Below, in pieces: positions 1 through 9,431 of a stretch of DNA of 64,000 bases (positions are counted from its first letter, which is position 1; each line of letters begins with the position of its first letter). The notes beneath the pieces are model-generated. The model saw only the letters and a program-made list of their open reading frames with translations. It made no database searches and had not been told where the DNA came from. The translations under genes were made by a program, and so were the position numbers. The stretch is from Macrostomum lignano (taxonomy: Eukaryota), in contig NIVC01000269.1 of NCBI GenBank assembly GCA_002269645.1, positions 186,001 to 250,000 on the forward strand, given 5' to 3'.

Positions 1-199
1 CAGAAGCAGCAAATATGGTCCAATGTGTGCCGATCAACACTGCGCCTCAGTGCGGCCTTGCCAAGCCTTCGGGTGTCAGCAGCACGTCGACCGACTGTGC
101 GGGAAACATGAGGGTATGGCAAAAAATGCTTGTTCGGGTGTCCATAGTCTTCCGGTGCCACTCGGGGGAGTGAGTCTAGCTGAGGATGTCCAGCAGTTG

Positions 200-1265
200 C
201 CCTGTGAAAAATGATCGCTAGCCTTTCGCCAGCTAAATAGTAGCGAAATTTCGCCGGCGAAATGGTAACAGAATGTCACTACTATTCGCCAGCGAAATGC
301 CAGCAAATTTTTCCTGTAAATCGCCGCTATTTTGCCAGGATTTAGCTACCCTCTAATTTCTTTATGAATTCACTTTTATTGATTTGATTTGCACGAAAAG
401 CATTTTTAATGTAATATTACTGTTGTTTGTATTGTAACTCCTGTTTATGTGAGAAGTTAACCCCCTAACCCCCTTTCTTCAGCCGAAAATAAGCTTTGAA
501 GTATAATAAAACTGCGGCTGCGGTTTGCGCTAGGCTTGCCTTGAGCAAACCGGCTTTAGTGCCCAAGCGCGCTGCGTCTGTGGTGCGCCCCCCCGCCGCG
601 TGTGTACGTTCTGTGTTGTTTAGGTGGGCGCCCACCCCTCCGCCGGCGGGGGGGGTATTTTACTCCAGCCGCGCTGCTGAGTTGGCAGTGTTTTCGCGCA
701 GTTCTCGCAGGCCTCGTTACTGCTTTCGCTTTCGCCAACATCAGGTATTCGTGTTTTGCTTTGGGGCACTAATGTTAGATTTAGAAATATCATATGTCAA
801 TGTTTTGAAAAAAAGAAATATATTAATATACTGCATTATATATTATACGAGCTAAACAAAGAAAAATGAAAAAAAATGCTGTCATGTGCCAAATTGGCAC
901 CAACCTGGAGCTGGAGGGCTGCATGATATTTAAGTTAGTTTTGGGCCATTACCAAGCAATGGTTATGTATGCACTGCATTAAACTGGAACTCAATAAAAT
1001 GATAGGCAACATGCAATAAGTTAAAATTTTTACATTATGTGCAGAAAATTCATAAATTAAAACTTATAAAATGCCGTATAACTTTATACAATTCTTCATA
1101 TTTTATTATTCTTGAGTGTTTTTGTCCTCAGCATTATTGGCACTGGTCTTGTTGTCACTTGATATAATGGCCATGCAGGAAGCCTGGCGAAATTTTTGAT
1201 TTCGCTATGTCTGCGCTACCAAGCTAGTGTTTCGCCGGCGTTTCGCCAGCTCATTTTTCACAGGG
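200..1265. mobile_element. Non-autonomous DNA transposon (CACTA/CMC-like MITE)
   Basis: Perfect 15-bp TIR CCCTGTGAAAAATGA (200-214) / TCATTTTTCACAGGG (1251-1265). TG flanks both sides (2-bp TSD). Subterminal TTCGCC(A/G)GC repeats at about 225-297 and 1185-1250. No transposase. Confidence 0.7.
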
Positions 1266-2354
1266 TGAGGTTTGCTCACTGTCGAGGCTTGATCAGCGAA
1301 ACTAGAGAAATTCGCGATCAGGTGTCCATAGTCCACTGGTGCCACATGTTGAATGTCCAGAAGCTCCGCCTGGGTGACCAACGAAGTCAGAGCTGATGCA
1401 GACACATGTGGTCGACGTGCTACTGAAATTTGAAAGCTTGGCGAGGCCGCACTGAGGCATAGTGCTGATTGGCGCACAGGGGTGTACTGAATACACTGGC
1501 GCGGATGGGAAAAATCTGACAGAATCGTTGAATATCTCGACAGTCCAGAGGGCTGGCGACTTGATTCTTGTTTGAGAAGGTGTGGAAAAAAATGTTAGCT
1601 CGGGTTCTTGAATTTCGCGTGACTGCGTTGCCATACATACGCAACCTCCAAATTCAGTCGGCCGTGCAACCTAGTTTTAAGCAAGAAATGCGACTTATTT
1701 TTAAACCAAAAATGCAACTTACTTGGGGTCGCGACAGTAAAGGACTTTTTTTGGGGGAGGGATCGTGACAAAAATGATCCTTTTTTGAGGTCCCGTTAAA
1801 AACAGCCTTCTGTTGTTTTGTTTTAATGTAAGTACATTAATACAATTCTAACTTTCCTTCTTTCTTTTCCATTTTTCTATACCTTACACTTTAACCTCAG
1901 GTGTCCTCAGGACTTCGCTTCCTGATTGGCTCCTTGCTACCGACGAGGAATGCTAAATGAATTGAACACGAAAAAACCTCTGCTGGGCAGCTGGGGTACA
2001 CTTAGTTGCCTCTGGCTGCGACATGGTCTCTGTTTTTGCTTCTTTCCCTTTGTTTTTCTCCTTCCCTGCCTCTCTTTTCCCTCCTGTCACGCTTTTTTCT
2101 TTCTTATTCCCATCCTTTTTCGTCTAATTAGTTGGCCGCTTCGGCCGACTCGTCCGACTGTTGCGCATGTATGTGCGTTGTTCCGTTCCGGCACAGGAAA
2201 ACAATTATCAGGGGGAATCCCCCCGTTGGTAGTTCTACTGGCAGAAAAGGTATTCCTACTGTTAATTACTACATTAGAAGAGGAAGAGCAAAATAAAGGG
2301 TAATGTTTTCCTTACAATGTTCAATTCCTTAATTCCTTACAAAATTCATTTCAG

Positions 2355-3782
2355 AAGTCAGCAGGCTAGCCCTAATTCTCACTGAAAATAGATTCACTGA
2401 AGAACCCTCTGTCACCAACGTCAAAGACATTCTCACTAATAGCGGCTTTAGGGTTGAATCGAACGTGCTGGGAAATTATGCTCAAGACATAATATCGTTC
2501 GTGCCTGATGAAATTTGTCGGTCGACAGTTCAGCAGTTGATCATTATTGTGATCGCCAACGCTCAATATCCGAAATGCATGGATGATTTCCTGAAACTGA
2601 TGACTGACGGTGGATTTTTCGACCTTCAAAAGCGCTTTCTCTTATTCTGCAGAGTTTCCAATGGTAATGAAAACACCAGCGACTTGCAGTTGCAGAGAAA
2701 ATTTTCTAGCAATAGTTTCAAGTACAAGAGCGCAATCGTTGGGTACAAGTTTGACGCCGAAGAGAAAATAAGAAACTTCATTAACTGGCTCGCTCAAGAA
2801 ATGAACACTTGCTGGAACAATAGCTGCCTATCAGCCATGCTTAGCAGATGGTTGCCAGCTCATGATGAAGAAGATTTGTACATGTATCCAACAGGAAAAT
2901 GCAAGCGACCTTTCCTACGGGACATTTTATTTCACCTTGATAATCGAGAGCAGCAAGAAGGTAACGGCCCGATGGCAGCTGGAGCCGAGGGCCCGATGGC
3001 AGCTGCAGCCGAGAGTCCGATGAATGCGACAGTCGACAACGACCAGATTGCTTCCCTGATTTACCCGAACAAGCGCACTCCCACCAAACCCCAAGCTCTG
3101 ATCATTCTCTATTTCAACAAGAGTGCAGCGCCGTGCGAGTCTCTCCAGGCCGACTGTTTGCGGCTGATGAAATTATTCAAGTTTCGCCTTGGCTACCTCG
3201 TGACAGATATTCAAGTTGATTCAGAGAGCCAGAACGATCTTGAGGACAGAGTGAAGAGCTTCGCAAACCAACAAGATCACGGTGACTCGTGCGTCCTCAT
3301 TATTTTGTCACTGTCGAACGGTCTGCTGTGTGGCCACTCCATCATCAATCTTTTTAGCCAGATGTCGCTCAGCAAGCAGCTAAAAGGCAAACCGAGGCTG
3401 TTTCTTTTGAATGAGTGGCAGAGTGGCGCACAGACTGGCCGACTTGCTGATCCAGCCAGTCCGAGCGAAGCATTTGAAATTTTGCCAGACACTGTCAGTT
3501 CAATGGAGGACTATTGGGGCACCAGAAATGAGACATCTAAAGTTCACCCCTTTAGTGGAATGGTATTCGGCCTTGCCTCAGCAAACAATGAGACAGATGT
3601 AGATGGGAGTGATTTTGTTAGAACGCTCTGCACGACCTTTGAGAAGTTCGGTAGCACTAAAGACGTAGTGTCCATGAGTGCCATAATTAATGAAGAACTG
3701 TCAGTTTCTGCTAAAGCGTTGCCTCGCTGGATTATTCAAACAACGAAACTTTTTTTCATCACAAATACAGGTGGACTGGAAA
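2355..3782 (+). CDS. Gene A exon: degenerate caspase-fold domain plus catalytically dead pseudo-caspase domain
   Basis: The reading frame is open upstream of the GTG at 2465 (VSRLALILTENRF...). Caspase motifs PQALIIL, HGDSCVLIILS-LS (His replaced by Leu, 3311), KGKPRLFLLNEWQ (Cys replaced by Trp, 3416), GSDFVRTLC. As an unspliced ORF it runs to the stop at 3838. Confidence 0.85.
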
Positions 3783-6700
3783 GTAAGTTTCCCAATCTTC
3801 TTATAACTTATTCTATTCCCTTGTACGAGCGTAGTTGAAGATTTAGTATATTGTGATTGTGCATTATTTGGTATAATTTACATTTACATTTCATTGCCTG
3901 TGTTTCTCACAAATTTGTCTTTCTTTATTAATTTCAACCTACAGCAACAAGTCAAAAAGTTTCACCTAATGGGCCTCAAGACAACGGTGAGAAAATTTAT
4001 ACTGACAGCATGAGCTACGTTCAGTTATGTACTAACTTGAAGAGTTGATATTTATAGATAACATTTGAAACTATTAAAAATTTCTAAGAAAACATTACAA
4101 ATGCATTTTCAGCTTGCACCAGTGAGAGAAACAAAGCTGGTAAGTTGGAACAATCTAGAATAATTACGAGTTCTTGACATTTGAATTGTATGTGGTTCGC
4201 GACTGCATGTTGCAGAAATTTTTCCGCCTTACTTAAAGGCGCACAACTCGCTCAGCAATCACACCACACATACAGGTGACTGCATGGCGATAGGGACAAG
4301 GGGAAGGAAAGGGAGAAGGGGAAGAGGGAGAGGAGAGGGAGTTGGTGAAACAACTTGAATACTTGTTTTAGTTAGCCGAGAATTCCTAAAGGGAAAGCGA
4401 TAGCGACGACAATTTATATATTTGATAAATCAATAGAAAAGGAATAAAACGTGAAAATGAAACTTTGCGTGTGTGTACAGTAATCAATGTACGCAAGGGA
4501 ATAAAAGACCGCGCACGACACAGGACAACCACCCCAAACCCACGCAAGCACAAACAAGACCGCGCTAGCTCACACCACCACTGTGGGGACGGAGGAAGTG
4601 AGAGGAGAGATCAGGGAGAAATAAGGTAAGGAGGAAGGAAAAACGGGACTCGCACTACTGATCAAGACCAGTCGAGTAGGGAGCATTCCGGACCAATGTC
4701 GCCCGACCCACACTACTCGTATGACTGGCATCCAGTTCCAGAGCTGAGCAGAGTCAGCCGCCTCCTGATTAGAGGGCTTTCACAGCTGACAGGAAAGCCG
4801 GAAGGAGAAGTGGGATTGGTTGGGGAAACAATGGAGATGGGACAAGGGATCGACAACGCTCACCCAACCGCCCAGACGGTCGAAGCAATCCAAACTGCCA
4901 CCACTTGTGGCGCTCCTAGTTGCCACCTTGGAACTTTAGAGAAACGAGTCCCCGAATTTCTACTTCCAACTTAGCCAATACAACACGCGTTCAGAGGGCT
5001 CCGTGCATTTCCGTTTTAGACTAAGTTTAGCTCAGAATGAAGTCACAATCAGATCGGGTTCACGGGATCACTCGATGTTCAAGCACGAGGTCTTTGCTCA
5101 AGCCGAACTGAGAGCTACACGTATCAACAATTGATTCTGACTAACCGACTGAGGACCCTAAAGCAGCCTGTTGTGAGGCAGATGAAGCTGATCCTCGTAA
5201 AAGCGTATTAGCTGACTCAGGAGCGAGAGCCCAAGCAGGCTGGCCGACACGCGAAGGGGAAGACGGGAAAATGAGCAATGAGCAGAAGCTCGGGTATTGA
5301 GCATTCGGGTAGCTAATAAGGGGAGATATGCAGGTCATACAGTAAAGACAACGAAGACAATATAGGAGGGAAGGCTCGAAGATAGCTGTGCACCATTTGA
5401 TAAATTTCAGGCTGTGGGTCATATATCGGTTAGAACAGAGGAACATCGGTTACAGACTCTATAAACTTGCAAAACTGCAATTAGCCTACCCAAACCTACA
5501 TGACTTGGGTAGAGGATCGGGAGCTACGAACGACTTCTGCTCCATCTATGAGGCTTTTCAAATAGTCGATTCTAGAACCAGAATCCGTTCTGAAATTCCA
5601 GGAAATGAAACAGTAAAATTCTCTAGCCCCTATAAACAAGAAAAGAACAGACAGTAGATAATTTGATTACATATGACAACTAACAAAATGATGGCAGAAA
5701 ATCAAACACTCAATATCATATTGTAGCGGCAGACGGGCTCGAAACAGACAGGGAGGCCATGTAGACAGACCGAACAGTGCATGCGTCTGCACGCTATCCC
5801 CCTGTTTGCTTTGCTGGGGTGGGCGCTCGCCCCAGACAGCTCCTGGTTTGTGACTCACGCCCCTTTGTTCGCACCTCCCCATGCTGGCTGTTCCCCTTTT
5901 ACAAATAAAACAAATAAAAGCGATGCACTTCTGCTTCGTCTGGTCTAACGCTTCTTGCAGACCACTAAAATATTATATACTCCAGGAAAGAAGTATAGAA
6001 GTATAGTTTTACTACTTGGATTCACAGATATTCAGAACCGATTTGGGTCCTGTAATTGGCAATTTGAAAAGCCTATTTAAACTTTTAAAAATGGGCAACG
6101 AATGAGAAATTACTGAGAAATTCTCCGACTCCAACTGACCGTCTATCACATCACTTTGCCGTCTATTGAGTGTACCTGAATCTAACGCATTGCAGCCTTC
6201 TTTGACGCTAGTAAAAAGTACTTAATACGAGTATGTTCTCTACAAAATTTCAGGTCGAACTGGTGTTGCCTTGATTTTCACAGAGTATTTATTCGATGCT
6301 GTCAGAAACTACCAAACGTTTCTTGAGTACGCAAGCTTTAAAGTACACGTGGACCGCACACGTGGTGACGTGGAATCGTTAAGAAAAGCGTTCGATTGTG
6401 AGAAAGACCATTTTCAAAAAGACCTCGTAGTTATTGTTGTCGTGCGCCAACGTCATAGCGATGGGGATCTGTGGCGAATAATCCGCGATATTGGTATCGC
6501 GAGATCGACAGAAGCTCGCCACAGCATACTGCTTATCTATTGCGAGGTCTATGACACCGAAGAATCTTCTCAGAGGGAGTTACAGGTAGCCCGGCAAGTA
6601 GAAAACTTGCCTGACAAGTTCAGCATGGCCTGTTTCTTTGGCAATGAAGAGGAAGTCAAAGAATTTCTTGACTCATTGCTCCAAGATGCGAGGATGTCAG

Positions 6701-7722
6701 AAAGCCTGAATGGAATTTCCGTTGTTGGCAGAAATTTTCAAGACGGGCGCACCTCTCAAAGAGAGAACTTCGTGTTCAAGCGTAATGATGAAATCCCAAA
6801 ATGGGCAACGGGAAGAGTGATTAAATGGCTAGGCAACTATACTATCAAATCAAGTGTTCAACGATCTACTACTGCGCAGGACGACACCGTTCAGTCAGAA
6901 GTTGTAGTTGATGAGTTCCGACTGTCCGAAACGCGGAAGAGATGGCACCCAAAGCTCCCCCCAGCAATCGAATCCACTTCAGAATGTGTCAGAGCACCCA
7001 GAGCACTCATCGTGCACAATGTTATCTTCAAAGAGAAACTAAGCGCTAGGCTCGGTAGCCAGCATGACTGTCAAAGGCTGACAGAGAGTCTCCTAAGACT
7101 CGGCTACAAGGTCTCGATCAGGTCGAATCTCAACGGAGCTGAAATTAAACACGAAGTTAAGAAGTTTTCCGAAGAGTCTGACGACGGCAGGTCATCTGTC
7201 GTTGCGTTTATGTCTCACGGACGCCTCGGCGAAGTCTTCGGCTCTGATGAAGAGCCTGTAGGAGAAAAAGATGTATTACAACTTTTCTCAGATGAATCAG
7301 GGACAAAAGACAACTTTCAGCTAGCCATATTTCAGTGCTGTCGTGTTCCAGGTCAATTACCAGACGAGGTGTCGTGTCTGGCCTTCTACCCGGGTATGAT
7401 AATCGCTCACTCTACCCTGCCAAATGACTTCAGTCTGCGTGTGAAGAGCAAGGGCAGCCGGTTCATCCAGAGCTTCTGCACAGTGCTGGATCTTTTTCCT
7501 CACAATGACATTGTAACGATCATTCCTCTGGTGAATTACTTAATGCTCAACTCGATTTATCAAGGATTCAGTCAGCAGCCTTGGTGGTTTGTTCAAAGCG
7601 GAAAAAGGTTCTGGCCCAAAGTTCAAGGTGCTGGTGAAAATTCACAAAATCCGTCAGAATGCAACAATGCTTTTGACTTACAGGAGTTACAAATAATTAT
7701 CGAATCAGATCACCAGGATTAG
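2355..7722 (+). CDS. Multi-caspase-domain protein A (degenerate fold - pseudo-caspase - degenerate fold - active caspase), about 980 aa plus unresolved first exon
   Basis: Predicted exons 2355-3782, 3945-3986, 6254-7722. All junctions are phase 1 and in frame: acceptor ttcag at 2354, donor A|GTAAGT at 3783, acceptor ctacag at 3944, donor G|GTGAGA at 3987, acceptor tttcag at 6253. Joined read: ...ITNTGGLE-TTSQKVSPNGPQDN-GRTGVALIFTE... Confidence 0.72.
6254..7722 (+). CDS. Gene A terminal exon: degenerate caspase-fold domain plus caspase (peptidase C14A) domain with intact dyad
   Basis: RALIVHN, ARLGSQHD, FMSHG (His 7216-7218), IFQCCRV (Cys 7339-7341), MIIAHST, SLRVKSKGSRFIQSFC. AATAAA at about 7926. 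Confidence 0.9.
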
Positions 7723-8145
7723 CCTGCAGTTGAGGATCGTGGAGCAGCCCCTGTTCCAGGTCATTGATACCCTGTGTGGATCATCGGGCAGAGCATGATG
7801 ATCTTAATGCGGTTGATTCACTAACTTCTAATGGGATTCGTCTGACTGATGACGCTCCTGATGCTCCATATAATTCTAAAAGTTGTGCTGGAGTGGACAG
7901 CCCTATCCAACTGCGTTGAGTATATAATAAAGCTCCATAAACTATAGTTTTTTATTATCAGCATATGCGGCGACAAGACAAAATTGATTAATGCGCAAAA
8001 GTAAGAGTAAATTTATTTATACTATAATATAGCACGTTTTTTAATAATTCTCACCCATTGTTAATTGTTGTAATCCAATTATAGGTAAATGTAATACAAA
8101 TCAGAAATTCTCCATAAAGTACACTGGCAGATCTAATGAGGGATC

Positions 8146-8619
8146 GAAGCTACTCCGTACGTTGCTTGGTCCACTACACCCCAAGCACAGCAGCACCTGG
8201 TACATTAAATAGACTATTTTATTTCAAATATTCCCATTCCTACGGACATATTTCTTGCTATGGCTTGCCCCTCTCGGTTGTTCTGCGAACGCGTCCGCGC
8301 AAAGTCTAGCTAGATCTCTTTTTGTCTGTGCTTTTGTCTGCGTCGCTATATATATATGGCTGAGACTCAGACACCGGGTCCTTGGTCGGTTTAGGGGCAG
8401 ACATAGAAACCGTCCAGCCAAACCTGTCTAGCTAGAGCACATAAAATTGAAATTGAAATAAAAAATGATTGCAATTGAATAGCCGCGTGTAAGCCGAAGA
8501 CACAAAAGGGACAAAATGTGTTTATTGAATCCTTGTTTTTTATTCGCACACTATCTTTTACCTCGCTCAACGATTTGCTTCTAACCTCTTTACACATTAT
8601 CGTTTAGTTCGTGTGGTTG
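8146..8619 (+). repeat. Interspersed repeat, copy 1 (second copy at 16804-17173)
   Basis: Near-identical from GAAGCTACTCCGTACGTTGCTTGG to TTAGTTCGTGTGGTTG. This copy has an extra 96 bp (8266-8361). Confidence 0.9.
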
Positions 8620-9431
8620 ATTAAAAAACCTGTACATATTTTATTATTTATACCGGAAATTTTCAACACATTTTTCTTGAACAAATTTTTTATTTGTATT
8701 TAAATCCTTTATACCGAATTTAAGCTCAGATCGCGTCATTAACTTAGCTAAAAACAATTGTTTAAAATAACTTTCACATTCTTGCTATTTGAGAATTAAT
8801 CTGACGTCAACTACTTGAACTAATAACGTTCCGCAACTATTGCGATGACTTTTTAATAGAAAGTTTTTACTGCTCAATGTATGAAGCTTAACGTATTTAG
8901 TTAATAATTATTAGTACTATTTTTTTCAGCCAGCTATCATTAACAATCCTCGGCTAGCTCTTGATTATGAGCAATTTACGGTTAATTATTTGTGAAGTTC
9001 CACTGTCCTGCTGTTTCTGTCGCTTAACAGTTTTTTTCTAACAATACAGCAAAAAATGCTTCATCATTCACCTCAAACCGTTTCAATTGACTTTCATTTT
9101 CTACGAGCAGAAACGTGTTAAATAGAAACTAAATTTAGATAGAGATTTAGGTATATTGATTTAGCTGTTTCAAAATGCTAAGACAGTTCGGAAGTCAAAA
9201 GATAAATCTGAGAGCACACAAATCAACAGTTTTCTAAAATAAAAATCACTCGTAAAATCACTTTATGCACTGTCAGGTAGTTCAGGCAAGTGTTTTGTAC
9301 TCGTACTGCAAACAGCTAAATTTCATAACAATTTGCTACCGAATTTATGCCCCTTTTCAGCGAGAATTTTTCAAAGGCAACTTGAGAGATTTAAAACAAA
9401 TAAAAACATCCGTTGATTTCTATCAGAAAAC

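Noticed and set aside
1901-2354. First coding exon of gene A (candidates: ATG 1950 with donor 1996, ATG 2171 with donor 2250, mini-exon 2278-2299)
   Set aside because: All end in phase 1, but none can be chosen from sequence alone, so this is left unresolved.
2465-3838. Treating the four caspase ORFs (starts 2465 GTG, 6271 TTG, 9563 ATG, 11219 ATG) as a prokaryote-style operon or four single-exon genes
   Set aside because: The context is eukaryotic. The first three starts fall inside or just beside splice acceptors, and in-frame GT-AG joins explain the layout better. ATG 11219 is kept only as a possible alternative start.
4582-5881. Solo-LTR-like segment in the long gene A intron (TGTGGGGA ... 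TCCCCA)
   Set aside because: There is no clean TG...CA terminus, no TSD and no second copy in the window.
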